This document shows, in pieces, positions 39,225 through 49,210 of a DNA stretch of 64,000 nucleotides; the stretch's first letter is position 1; each line of letters begins with the position of its first letter. The translations under genes and the position numbers were made by a program. The stretch covers positions 96,001-160,000 of the forward strand of contig CBDCTZ010000008.1 of NCBI GenBank assembly GCA_965222375.1, in the 5' to 3' direction. This stretch comes from Polyangiaceae bacterium. Lineage in GTDB: Bacteria; Myxococcota_A; Polyangia; Polyangiales; Polyangiaceae. The notes beneath the pieces are model-generated. The model did not search any database and was not told the origin of the DNA. It saw only the letters and a list, made by a program, of their open reading frames with translations.

Positions 39225-40430
39225 ATGAAAGTCCACCTCCCCTCGCGCCCGGAGCGACGCTGCACCGACGCAGAGCCACGCCGAGAATCTGTGCTTGCGG
39301 AAGCTCGCCGGTTGGGGTTTTCCGCGGTCGGCGTCGGCGGCGTCGAGGCCTGGCCTTGCGCCGCGGAGCAGCTCGCGGCTTGGCTGGACGCGGGCTTCGC
39401 CGGCGATATGGAGTACATGGGCGACGGAGCGCGCGCGGATCCTCGCTCCCTGCACCCCGGCGCGAAGAGCTTCGTCGCCGTGGCACTCAGTTATCCCCGC
39501 GCAGCCGATCTCGCAGTCCCGCGCCGCAGCGCCACGGACCATTCGGCGACGCTTGCGGGTCACGTGGCGCGGTACGCCCGCGGACAGGACTACCACGTCG
39601 CCATCAAGGGGAAACTGATGCAACTGGCCGACCACGTCGCAGATTGTTTCGGCGCCGCGGTGCGGGTGAGGATCTGTGTCGATACCGCACCGCTCCTCGA
39701 GCGTGAGGCCGCGCGGCGCGCTGGCCTCGGATTCATCGGCAAGTCCACGATGCTGATCATTCCGGGGCTGGGCACGAACTTTCTGATTGGCGTGATGTTG
39801 ATGGACGTGCACCTCGAGCCCAGTGAGCCCGCGGACGGTAGCTGCGGGGCCTGCACGGCCTGCCTCGACGCCTGTCCCACCAACGCATTCCCGGCCCCCT
39901 ATTGTATCGACGGGCGCCGATGCGTTTCCTATCTCACCATCGAGAACTCCGGGGAGATCCCCCCGGATCTTCGCGGGGGAATCGGCAATCGAGTGTTCGG
40001 TTGTGACGTGTGTCAGGACATATGTCCCTACAATGCGTCCGCGGAGCCCCAGCCCTTCGCCCCGGAGCTTGCTCCAGAGCCCGCTCGGGCAGACACGGAT
40101 CTGGTGGCCCTTCTTGAACAAACCTCCGGCGACCACCGTAGGCGAGTGAAGCGCAGCGCCATGCGACGAGCTGGGCGGCATCAACTCAAACGCAATGCAG
40201 CGGTTGCCCTGGGCAATTCTGGGCAGCTCCGCGCCGTGCCGGCACTGAGTCGGTCCCTCGCGTCCGACGGCAGTCCGCTGGTACGTGGGCATGCCGCGTG
40301 GGCGTTGGGCCGACTCGGTGGTCCAGTGGCCGAGCAATGTTTGCTCGAAGCGGAGCGGAGCGACGCGGATCCCGGGGTTCGGGCAGAGGCTCGCAGCGCG
40401 CTCTTGACGCTGCGAGAGAGCCGGCGTTGA
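39225..40430 (+). CDS. queG: tRNA epoxyqueuosine(34) reductase
   Basis: MEYM, RYARGQDYH, VDTAPLLER, CGACTACLDACPT, GCDVCQDICP motifs and C-terminal HEAT repeats. Confidence 0.95.
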   Translation: MKVHLPSRPERRCTDAEPRRESVLAEARRLGFSAVGVGGVEAWPCAAEQLAAWLDAGFAGDMEYMGDGARADPRSLHPGAKSFVAVALSYPRAADLAVPRRSATDHSATLAGHVARYARGQDYHVAIKGKLMQLADHVADCFGAAVRVRICVDTAPLLEREAARRAGLGFIGKSTMLIIPGLGTNFLIGVMLMDVHLEPSEPADGSCGACTACLDACPTNAFPAPYCIDGRRCVSYLTIENSGEIPPDLRGGIGNRVFGCDVCQDICPYNASAEPQPFAPELAPEPARADTDLVALLEQTSGDHRRRVKRSAMRRAGRHQLKRNAAVALGNSGQLRAVPALSRSLASDGSPLVRGHAAWALGRLGGPVAEQCLLEAERSDADPGVRAEARSALLTLRESRR

Positions 40431-40693
40431 TTGGTTTCGTGTTGCGTAAGAACCATTTTGGAGCGCTGGCCGGGGCGATGCTCGCTTTTGGCGTCAGTAG
40501 CGCATTCGCGGATACCCCGGCGGAAGCTCCTCCAGCTGCCGGCGCCACAGCCCCACCGACGGACGCGCCGAGCGAGGGGGTCAGCCACGCGAAGCGCCCC
40601 ATCGTCATCGGCATGATTGCCGCCGCGTTCTTGCTGATCGCTGGATTGGCCGGCGCCAACGATCGCCCGGATGGCGATCCCAAAAGCACCTAG
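40427..40693 (+). CDS. Small protein with signal peptide, Pro/Ala linker and C-terminal TM
   Basis: Fills the gap between queG and the ferritin-like gene; start uncertain. Confidence 0.5.
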   Translation: MIGFVLRKNHFGALAGAMLAFGVSSAFADTPAEAPPAAGATAPPTDAPSEGVSHAKRPIVIGMIAAAFLLIAGLAGANDRPDGDPKST

Positions 40694-40696
40694 CGG

Positions 40697-41551
40697 ATGG
40701 CCGCGAAGAAGAAGTCACCAGGCCCCGCCGCCCGGAAGAAGACGGCTCCCCACCGGCAGCCCGCACGACCAAAGAAGCCGGCACCGGCGCGCGCCAGAAA
40801 GAAGAAAAAGAGGGCCCCAGCCAAAGCGCGCGCAGCACGCCCAAAGGCCCCGCCAGCCTCGGATCGCGCCAGACGCGAATGGCTCCGGCGTGTGGAAGCC
40901 GAGTATCGATCCGCGGCCATCACCCACGAGCTGACGCTGTGGCTGATCCGCATCGCTGCGAGCCCAGATCTGATCCTGGATGGGCTGCGCATCGTCAAGG
41001 ACGAGCTCAAGCACGCGGAGCTGAGCCACATGGTGTACGCCGCGGGCGGAGGCAGCGCGCCGCCGCAGATCCCACGTGAATCTCTTGGTATTGCCCGCCG
41101 CGGCAAGAGTCCTCTCGAACACGATGTGCTGCGCGCCTCGGTGGAGGTGTTTTGCCTCGGCGAAACCGTTGCGGTGCGGCTATTCCGTGAGCTTCGCAGT
41201 CGCTGCAGCGTGCCCGCTGCTCGACGCGCCCTCGATCGCATTCTGCGCGACGAGGTTCGGCATCGAGACTTCGGCTGGGCCATGCTCGAGTGGTTGAGCG
41301 AGCTGCCCAACGGCCCCGAACTGGTCGACTTGGCGGGGCGCGAGCTGCCGGGGATGTTCAAGCGCCTGCGCGCCTCCTACGCCCCCAGGGGCGCCGATAA
41401 GAAAACCCAGATCCCCGATTCCGAACGCGCCTGGGGCCTCATGCCTAGCGCCGCATACGGGCGAATCCTCGAGCAAGTCCTGGAGCGAGACTACACACCA
41501 CGCTTCGCGCGGTTCGGCATCGATGCTCCGGCCGCGTGGGCCGCCAGTTGA
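40697..41551 (+). CDS. Ferritin-like diiron domain protein with basic N-terminal tail
   Basis: EYRS, DELKH, GETVA and DEVRH ligand pattern. Confidence 0.85.
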   Translation: MAAKKKSPGPAARKKTAPHRQPARPKKPAPARARKKKKRAPAKARAARPKAPPASDRARREWLRRVEAEYRSAAITHELTLWLIRIAASPDLILDGLRIVKDELKHAELSHMVYAAGGGSAPPQIPRESLGIARRGKSPLEHDVLRASVEVFCLGETVAVRLFRELRSRCSVPAARRALDRILRDEVRHRDFGWAMLEWLSELPNGPELVDLAGRELPGMFKRLRASYAPRGADKKTQIPDSERAWGLMPSAAYGRILEQVLERDYTPRFARFGIDAPAAWAAS

Positions 41552-41589
41552 GTGCCACGCAGCCAAGGATCATGCGCTATGCTTGCTGC

Positions 41590-42696
41590 ATGATACGCAC
41601 GCCTGCTTGCTTTTTCCTTGCCGCGGCACTCGCCAGCTTCGGCTGCTCTTCGGATGACGACAGCCCCGGCGGATCCGGTGGCACCGCCAGCGGTGGCCAG
41701 GCCGGCAGTGGTGGTCAAGCTGGCAGCAGCGGCCAAGCCGGCAGCGCGGGAACTGGCGGAGCGGGCGGAAGCGCGGGCCAGGGCGGCACCGCCGGTCAAG
41801 CCGGCGCGGCGGGTGCGCCCGACATGCTCAGTCAAACCGGACTGTACTCCGACATTCAGAAGGGCACCTTGGCCACCGGCGTGCGCCAGTACGAGCCCCA
41901 ATTCGTGCTTTGGACCGACAGCGCCGCCAAGAAGCGTTGGGTCTACCTCCCCGCTGGCCAGAAGATCGACACCAGCGACATGGACTACTGGGTCTACCCC
42001 GTCGGCACGAAGTTGTGGAAGGAGTTCAACCGCGACGGCAAGCGGATCGAAACACGGCTCATAGTCAAGACCGGCTCCCCGGATGTATGGGACATGGTGG
42101 CGTACCACTGGAAGGACGACCAAACTGACGCCGTCAAACTTCCCAACGGCTTGGAAAATGCGTCGGGCACGCCTCATGACATCCCGGACACAATCGCTTG
42201 CGACACCTGCCACGGCAAGATGAAGGATCGCGCGCTGTCCTTCAGCGCGATTCAGCTATCGCACGCCGGCGCGATGGTCTCCCTGGACGACCTAGCCAAA
42301 GAGGGGCGGCTGACGAACCCTCCTTCGGCGCCTTTGGTCCTGCCGGGGAACGCGACGGATCGCGCGGCCCTCGGCTACATGCACTCGAATTGCGGCGTCT
42401 GCCACAACGACCAATCCTTCGTCTTCTCCGTGGTCGATATGCGACTGTGGCTGTCCACGAAATCCCTGGGCAGCGTGACGGGCACGCCCAGCTACAAGAC
42501 CACTGCCAACAAGGCTCTCACCTCCGCCAACCCGAGCACCGGAAAGGCGCGAATCGTGCCGGGTAAGTCGGCAGAGAGCGACGTTTGGATCCGTATGGGG
42601 CTTCGCGGAGATCTGAACCAGATGCCGCCGCTTGGTACCGAAGACGTCGACACGGTGGGGCACGCCGCGGTCAAGGCGTGGATCGATAGCCTTTAG
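41590..42696 (+). CDS. Diheme c-type cytochrome lipoprotein (SO2930-like)
   Basis: Lipobox FGC; LWTDSAAKKRW, YPVGT..KEF, IETRL, CDTCH, CGVCH and QMPP motifs. Confidence 0.85.
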   Translation: MIRTPACFFLAAALASFGCSSDDDSPGGSGGTASGGQAGSGGQAGSSGQAGSAGTGGAGGSAGQGGTAGQAGAAGAPDMLSQTGLYSDIQKGTLATGVRQYEPQFVLWTDSAAKKRWVYLPAGQKIDTSDMDYWVYPVGTKLWKEFNRDGKRIETRLIVKTGSPDVWDMVAYHWKDDQTDAVKLPNGLENASGTPHDIPDTIACDTCHGKMKDRALSFSAIQLSHAGAMVSLDDLAKEGRLTNPPSAPLVLPGNATDRAALGYMHSNCGVCHNDQSFVFSVVDMRLWLSTKSLGSVTGTPSYKTTANKALTSANPSTGKARIVPGKSAESDVWIRMGLRGDLNQMPPLGTEDVDTVGHAAVKAWIDSL

Positions 42697-42701
42697 TCCC
42701 G

Positions 42702-44861
42702 TCACTTCGACTTTGGTGCGATCGCCGCTCTGGCCTGGGCACGAACATCCAAGTCCGCCTTTGAACGCGGGAACACGGGGGAGCGGACCAGCTGCCCCAG
42801 CAGCTCCAAGGTCTTTTCGGGATGGTCGTCGGAAACACTGACCCAATCTGGATCTGGCTCGGTAGCATCGTAGAGTTCCGGCGCACCACTTTCGAGGGGC
42901 AATACGAGCTTGTGGGGTGAGTTCAAGTCGCGGATTCCCACGCGCAAGAGCGTTTCGTGACTGGCGCTGGCCATGACAATGGGCAGCCGCCGCGGCGGTC
43001 GATTCGGGATCATCGTGAGGAGCAAGTCTTCGCCGTGATACGCCGTCGGCGGCTCGTCGGTCATGTAGCTTGCTAGAGTTGGCGCTACGTCCACCAAGCT
43101 GACCGGGTCGTAAACGACCTTGGGCTCCAAGCCGGGCGCTCGGAGCACCAGGGGCACGCGCACCAGGGACTCCCAAAGAAATATGGAGTGCACCCAGAAA
43201 CCATCTCGCCCGAGTGCTTCGCCGTGGTCGCTGACGAAAAGCACGACAACGTCATCGCGCAGGCCCAAAGAGTCGATTCCAGCCAGCAGACGGCCGAATT
43301 CTGCATCGACAGCCCGGGCGATCACTCGATAGCGCCAATTCATCGGAGCTTCGTCGGGCACGTTATATTTCTCCGCGGCCGCATAGACCCACTTCTTGTC
43401 GATCTCGCGCCAGTTGTGCTGGTCGAAATTGAATAGCCACAACAGGTAGCGGTCGTCCTTGTGCAGTCGGAGCCACTCCAAGGCTCGGTCCACCATGGGT
43501 GCAGCAGTGGCGCGATCCGCACCGTAGCCCCAGACCTTTCGCCCAGGTTCGTAGTCTTCGACGGTCAGGGTCTCTTGAAAGCTGAAACTCGGCCGCAACT
43601 TCCTCAAGAACTGATGCGCTGACAGCGCAATGGTCACGGCGGTTTTGCGGCCAGCCTTTTCGGCGACACGTAGCACGTCTTCATCGCGCACCACGCCCAC
43701 CTCATAGCTACCCCCGGTAAGCGCCGGCAGCGAACGAAGTGTGTCGGAGCCCGCAGCGTAGGCGTTGATGAACGTCGCGCTCTGAGACGAGAAGCGCGCC
43801 AAGTTCGGCATGATGGTCGGATCCGTCGCCGCGTCGTAACGGAGCGTGTCGACGTAGTAGACGATCACGGACAAGTCCCTTTTGGGACGCAGGGCGTCGA
43901 GCTTTGCGCGCACCGCGGGTGGCGTAGTGTGGGGTTCATCCCAGTGCGGATGCAGCGCTGTGGTCGCCAGGTCGAACCGCTCTTTCAGCTGATCCATCCG
44001 AGAAAGCTTGGCTCCCCGCCACCCGCGCGGGTTCGCAAGGAACGCCCGAACGCTTTGGGTTCGACCCAGTACTCGGCCGACATAAGCCGGCTCCATCCAG
44101 ACATGACGCAGGGCGTGCTCGAGCTTCGCTCGTACTGGCGTGGCCGCGGCGAAGATCAGTAACCAGGCACCAGCCACCGTCGTGAGGGCCACGAGGCCTC
44201 GCCGCCCCTTGGGCCAAGGCGAAACCCATGCGCTCAAAAGGATCGTGAAGGCCATCAACCAACACGCCGTCGCGAACACCTCGAGCAGCACGTGCAATCG
44301 TGCATACAATGCCACGTAGACCGTTAGGTCGACGTACGCGAGCCCAGCGCCTGCCCCGAGACCGGCGATCGCAATCCCCAGGGCGAGACGCAACTTGCTC
44401 TCTTCCACGCGTTTGACCGCCCAGCGCCCGACGGCGAGAAGCACGGCAAGGCTCAGCCCGATGACCACGCACATGGTGGGCACCGCCCAGCCCGCAATTT
44501 GCTCGGCCTTCGCACCCGAGAACGTACTGCGCGCAGCTGGGATCGCCAGTACGCCACTGACGATGGCGATCGCCGTCGGAGCCGTCCAGGGTCGCAGTCG
44601 TTTACCTAGGCGGCGGCTCAATGCGTCGACGGCTTCCCAGCCGAGCCACAGCAGCGCTCCGACGACGGCAGCGGTCACCAAGTAGAGCAGAATCGAATAG
44701 GTGAAGTGACGCCCCGCTGGCAACCATCGACCTCCGGCGCGACGAAACGCGTCTGCGGCGACAAACAGCAGGCCAGTCAGAAACGCCGCGGCTACGCTGC
44801 GCGCGGCACGGTCCAATGCGCGAGAATTGCCCAAAACGAGACGAGCCGGAGCATAGGCCAT
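42702..44861 (-). CDS. Membrane-bound sulfatase-like hydrolase/transferase
   Basis: About 7 N-terminal TMs; VDTLRYD, SDTLRS, FDQH and SDHGE motifs. Confidence 0.85.
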   Translation of the reverse strand: MAYAPARLVLGNSRALDRAARSVAAAFLTGLLFVAADAFRRAGGRWLPAGRHFTYSILLYLVTAAVVGALLWLGWEAVDALSRRLGKRLRPWTAPTAIAIVSGVLAIPAARSTFSGAKAEQIAGWAVPTMCVVIGLSLAVLLAVGRWAVKRVEESKLRLALGIAIAGLGAGAGLAYVDLTVYVALYARLHVLLEVFATACWLMAFTILLSAWVSPWPKGRRGLVALTTVAGAWLLIFAAATPVRAKLEHALRHVWMEPAYVGRVLGRTQSVRAFLANPRGWRGAKLSRMDQLKERFDLATTALHPHWDEPHTTPPAVRAKLDALRPKRDLSVIVYYVDTLRYDAATDPTIMPNLARFSSQSATFINAYAAGSDTLRSLPALTGGSYEVGVVRDEDVLRVAEKAGRKTAVTIALSAHQFLRKLRPSFSFQETLTVEDYEPGRKVWGYGADRATAAPMVDRALEWLRLHKDDRYLLWLFNFDQHNWREIDKKWVYAAAEKYNVPDEAPMNWRYRVIARAVDAEFGRLLAGIDSLGLRDDVVVLFVSDHGEALGRDGFWVHSIFLWESLVRVPLVLRAPGLEPKVVYDPVSLVDVAPTLASYMTDEPPTAYHGEDLLLTMIPNRPPRRLPIVMASASHETLLRVGIRDLNSPHKLVLPLESGAPELYDATEPDPDWVSVSDDHPEKTLELLGQLVRSPVFPRSKADLDVRAQARAAIAPKSK

Positions 44862-44907
44862 AATTCGCCGAATGTGGGCAGCGCCGGGGCGGCGGGCAGA
44901 GCGCGGA

Positions 44908-46887
44908 CTAAAAGCAACCGGGTCGGAACGCGAGGGGATCGGGCTGCCCGAGCGGGAGGATCTCCTGCAGGTACTGATACTCCTCATCGCAGAAGACCGC
45001 AGGACCTTGACCTTCGAGTTCCGCACGCTCCGCGAAGGTCCGCGCCCCGCCGCTGTCCATGAGTCGGTTCGGCTCGTCTGAGGGGTTGTGATAGGACGTA
45101 AGGCTGCCCTTGGGATCCGCGAGCCCCAATGAGTGCGCGACTTCGTGAGACGTGGTTGTTCCAATCAGGGAACCCAGCACCCAGACCGCACAGCCGATGC
45201 GGTCCGCCCGGTTCTTCGCGGGGCAGCGGGAACTCTCTGCCAAGACCGGGATGTTCTGCGTCGCGAGGTCTTCCGCCAACACGGGTGTGCCCGCGCGATC
45301 TGGTCTGAAGGGGTCGAAAGTCTTGTCAAACAGTGGATCCGCAACCTCGAGTTTCTCCGCCAAATTGCCGGGGTGTTCACTAAACCCGAATAGGGACTCC
45401 ACGAACACGCCGCCGTAACCGGGCTGGTTATCTTCCTGGGTCACCGCATTGACCCCGCCGATCCGATCGTGGAGGCGCTTGTTCCCCTTGTCCTTGCCGG
45501 GAGTGTTGTCATAGCCGAGCAGTCCTAGACCGTTGGGATCCGGCCCTGCGATATCGACGCGCGCATACAGCGCAAAATCGAGGGGCTCTTCGTCCCGAAA
45601 CTCGACGTTGACACCCGCGAAGTCTCGACGCAGCACTTCGAGCACCCGGTCACGGATGCGCTTTTCAACAGCACGTAAACCAAGATGCCTGAGGGCGTCC
45701 ACGAAGGTAGGCATGAACCGCACCCAGACGACCTGCTTGATGGGCGCGATCCCCAACTGAAACGGCGCCGAGGTGCCGGATAGGTTGACACCGCCGTAGC
45801 GAATCAGCGGCGTCGCCGTGCCAGTGAACGTACCCGTCACCGTGCGCAAATCCGCGAGTTTGCCGAGGGCGTCTTCTTCATTCAGCACGTAGCGGATCAG
45901 CTTGCCCTCGAAGAACTGCGGCACGACATCGAACGAGACGGGCACAGAGCTGGTGGCCCCCGTCGCGGTGAAGGTGCCTTCCAGGTGCACAGTGGTGATT
46001 GCAGTTGTCGGATCTTCAATGTCCGGCTGCGGGCCGACGAAGCCACCACCCTGGATGTCCACGTACTGACCCAGGCTGGCCTTGGGCGGCGAGAAGCTGA
46101 AAATCGTCGGCTTCAGAATGTTGAAGTCCACCGGGATCTGCTGGGTCTCGATGCTCTGCCCGCCGTCCGCCGCATCGTTGCGGATACGCACCGTGCCCTT
46201 GAACTTACCTTCTTCCACTCCGAGGATCTTTGGGACGAAGGGGAACTCGGCCTTGTCTCGAGAAAACTCGCTTCGCGGACGCATTGGGATCTCTACGTCG
46301 GCAATGGGTTGGCAGCTGCTGTCACCGAGCTTTGTGAAGCAACCTTCGACGATAGCAATGCTCTTGCCCTCATCGCCACCGAGCAGCAGGTTTCCGCCGT
46401 CGATACCGATGTAGTCGTTGACGAAGATGCTGCCCTCGAAGACGCCGAAGAACTGCGGTTCCATCGACGGCTGAATCTTCAACGTCAAGGGCTTCGAAAG
46501 CGAGGTGTGGCTGCGACCGTCGATGGGGCCCGTCGCAATCACGCGGACAACTCCGTCGAAAGTACCGGAATCCGCGGGCAGGCCCGCTTGGGTTCCACCC
46601 ATCCAAGCGAGCTCAAGGCGACTATTGGAGATGATGCTGGCAGGCAGCGTCAGCTTGACGTCGTCCCCCGCGAATGTGCCAGTCAACTCCAACAGGGGCA
46701 GCGTGACGTCACCGAAGGACCCCTCGACTACGACCGTTGACCCAGGGACCACCGTCTCGGGAAAGACGCCGGCGATACTCAGGTCTTGTAGTGTCGTTGG
46801 ACTCTCGGTGCTCTCGTCGCCACCTCCGCACGCCGCAAAGGCGAGCGTGAGCAAGACGCCAACCCCACGACGAAGGCCGAGGTTCAT
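44908..46887 (-). CDS. Lipoprotein with Ig-like/IPT regions and C-terminal HEXXH metallopeptidase-like motif
   Basis: Lipobox FAAC; HEVAHSLGL..H..LMD; ATGA overlap with the upstream gene. Confidence 0.75.
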   Translation of the reverse strand: MNLGLRRGVGVLLTLAFAACGGGDESTESPTTLQDLSIAGVFPETVVPGSTVVVEGSFGDVTLPLLELTGTFAGDDVKLTLPASIISNSRLELAWMGGTQAGLPADSGTFDGVVRVIATGPIDGRSHTSLSKPLTLKIQPSMEPQFFGVFEGSIFVNDYIGIDGGNLLLGGDEGKSIAIVEGCFTKLGDSSCQPIADVEIPMRPRSEFSRDKAEFPFVPKILGVEEGKFKGTVRIRNDAADGGQSIETQQIPVDFNILKPTIFSFSPPKASLGQYVDIQGGGFVGPQPDIEDPTTAITTVHLEGTFTATGATSSVPVSFDVVPQFFEGKLIRYVLNEEDALGKLADLRTVTGTFTGTATPLIRYGGVNLSGTSAPFQLGIAPIKQVVWVRFMPTFVDALRHLGLRAVEKRIRDRVLEVLRRDFAGVNVEFRDEEPLDFALYARVDIAGPDPNGLGLLGYDNTPGKDKGNKRLHDRIGGVNAVTQEDNQPGYGGVFVESLFGFSEHPGNLAEKLEVADPLFDKTFDPFRPDRAGTPVLAEDLATQNIPVLAESSRCPAKNRADRIGCAVWVLGSLIGTTTSHEVAHSLGLADPKGSLTSYHNPSDEPNRLMDSGGARTFAERAELEGQGPAVFCDEEYQYLQEILPLGQPDPLAFRPGCF

Positions 46888-48998
46888 AGCTTGGGGCACC
46901 CGTTGGTCGTCTTGCTACTGCTCGTGTAGTCCACGCATAGCTCGTAGCTGTTCTCAGCCCCTTCCCAGCCGCGAACGCCAATGTAGTACTGGCCCGTCGC
47001 CGGCACCTTGTAGTCCATGTTCTCGTTGGATGTGCTGCTCTGCCCATTGAGGGGGTCACAGCTGAAGAGATCGAACTCATCGCATCCCACCAGCGACTTG
47101 GCGTCCTTGTCCTGGAAGTAGAGATCCAGGTCCTCGCTCGTCTTGCCCTGGTTGAACTTCAGCGTCACGTGAACGGTTTCGTCCTTGAGCAGGAAGACCC
47201 TGAACATGTCGTCATCCATGCTGCAGATCTGGAGGTTGGTGTTCTTGTAAGGATTCGACGCGATACTCGCCAAGGTCGCGTCGGCAATCTTGTCGTTATC
47301 CTCCAGGCTATCCTCAGTGCAGACCGAGCAAGAGCCCTCTTTCGACCAAGTCAGGGTGTAGGGGGCATTGGCCTGCAATTGCTCCCAAACGGCAATGTAG
47401 TACCGCCCCGGATCCGTGAGGCACACCTCGAAGCTCTCGTTGGAGGTACTTCCCTCGGAAGCAGCCGTTTCCTTGCCATCCTTATCGAAGAGCAAGACGT
47501 CCAAATTGCTTCCGCTCGCGCTCGACGCCAGCGACACCTTGATCTTGGTGGCACTGGTGATTTCGATCGGGAAGTAGTCGTCGTCCCAATACGGATCCGA
47601 GCAGCTCTGGAGTTGGTAGGTCCCAGCAGCCAAGGGAGTTGCCGTCGCCACGGCGCTGCGCGAGTCGTTCTCCTCGTACTTGTCGTCAGTACATGTGCCA
47701 CCGGAACCGCCTGTGCAGCTCTGGGACTTGGGAACGCACTGCTTGCTCTTCACGTTGTCCACGCTCGTGACTTCGCTGCAATCGTAATCCGTCGGGCAAC
47801 CGCTCGGCCCGGTGCAGGACTTGCCGCAGTAGGATTTCGTCCCGACGATGAAGCAGGTGTCCGCCGCCGCACCGCACTGCAGGTCCTTCGTGCAAGACTT
47901 GCACACGCCGAGTCCACCAGCCCCACCGGGGTTGGTCACTGTGATCTTGTGAAAACCGGGGTCCGGCGAGTTGGTGACGTGATCGCAGCTGCCCTCGGCA
48001 TCGTCGTTGTCCGTGGCTACGATGCGGTAAAAGAGATCCGTCTTGGAACCCGCGGGCTTTGACGCCACCGGATTCGGAATGTCCCCGGCCCAGGTTCCGT
48101 TCTTCGGGTCACCGTCGATCTGAATCATCGCCACCTGGGTCAGCTTGGTGACGTCTGGGTTCGGGCCGGGATCTGTGGTCGAGTACTGAACTTGGGGAGG
48201 GAACTTCAGCCCCTGGTCGTCGCTGACGACGGCATCCAAGGTCAGGTCCACGACGGAGTTGTGGTCCGCCGGGGTGTGGTTGATGACGGGCGCATCCCCC
48301 GGGCAGTCGGGTTTCGTCGGCTTCTGAAGGATGATCAGGAAGTCTTTCTTGACACGGGGGTTCTCGTTGTCGTCCGCGTAGAGCACCAACTGATAGATGT
48401 CTTTTGCATCCTTCTGCTCCTGAGTGGGGCACCACTCCCAAACCCCCTCCAGGCCGCCGGTCTGCTGAACGTTGGAGCCTTCGATGATCTGGCCTTCTTG
48501 GCCCAGATCCACGGTTGGTGTGTCCGAATCATCCACCTGGATTGCGAGCTGGACGCATTCAGGAACGGTGGGATTGTCCGTAACTGGGAAGGTCGTGCCC
48601 GTACCGAGGGGTTGACGAAACACCGGTGCAGTGGGGGACCCGACTGCTGAACGCACAGTCACGACAATGGTGCGCTTGGATGGCCCGGCCTTGTTGTCGT
48701 TTGCGATGAAGTCGATGCTGTGGTCGCCGACGTCAGCAGCGATCGGCGTCCAGCTGAAAATCGCGTTGCCCGCCCCGGGTACCAAGCTGGCGTCGATGTC
48801 GCGCTCGGTCTTGTAGCTATAGGTGACCGGGTCTCCATCCGGGTCCCTCGCGATAACTGCGATCTTCAGCTCTTGGCCCACGGCAACGGTCTGGTCGGAG
48901 ATCTGTTCGATCACTGGCTTGGCGTTGTCGTCGGAGGAGCAGGCCGCTGAAGTGGCAAGACCTGCGGCCAATAGCAAGTAAGACAAAAGGCGTTTCAC
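46884..48998 (-). CDS. Multidomain lipoprotein (cadherin/Ig-like, Cys-rich, two PPC-like domains)
   Basis: Lipobox SAAC; ARDPDGD, DDKYEEND, DDDYF and DLDLY motifs; GTG start with AAGGA RBS. Confidence 0.85.
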   Translation of the reverse strand: MKRLLSYLLLAAGLATSAACSSDDNAKPVIEQISDQTVAVGQELKIAVIARDPDGDPVTYSYKTERDIDASLVPGAGNAIFSWTPIAADVGDHSIDFIANDNKAGPSKRTIVVTVRSAVGSPTAPVFRQPLGTGTTFPVTDNPTVPECVQLAIQVDDSDTPTVDLGQEGQIIEGSNVQQTGGLEGVWEWCPTQEQKDAKDIYQLVLYADDNENPRVKKDFLIILQKPTKPDCPGDAPVINHTPADHNSVVDLTLDAVVSDDQGLKFPPQVQYSTTDPGPNPDVTKLTQVAMIQIDGDPKNGTWAGDIPNPVASKPAGSKTDLFYRIVATDNDDAEGSCDHVTNSPDPGFHKITVTNPGGAGGLGVCKSCTKDLQCGAAADTCFIVGTKSYCGKSCTGPSGCPTDYDCSEVTSVDNVKSKQCVPKSQSCTGGSGGTCTDDKYEENDSRSAVATATPLAAGTYQLQSCSDPYWDDDYFPIEITSATKIKVSLASSASGSNLDVLLFDKDGKETAASEGSTSNESFEVCLTDPGRYYIAVWEQLQANAPYTLTWSKEGSCSVCTEDSLEDNDKIADATLASIASNPYKNTNLQICSMDDDMFRVFLLKDETVHVTLKFNQGKTSEDLDLYFQDKDAKSLVGCDEFDLFSCDPLNGQSSTSNENMDYKVPATGQYYIGVRGWEGAENSYELCVDYTSSSKTTNGCPKL

Positions 48999-49210
48999 GT
49001 TCACCGTCCTTATTACGAGAACAAGTCTAAAGTCTTTCCATCCTCGCGGCAGCGATCCCGCCATCGGCCTCAATCGCTCGCTGCCGTGAGCGGAAAATTC
49101 CGACTGCGCCGGAGTTCCCCTTGGTCCCGTTCCCACTAGCAGTGGGTTGGGTCCTAATCTGTGTTGATCGCGGTAGGATAGTGTAGGACACTGTAGTCAA
49201 AGGTTACCCC

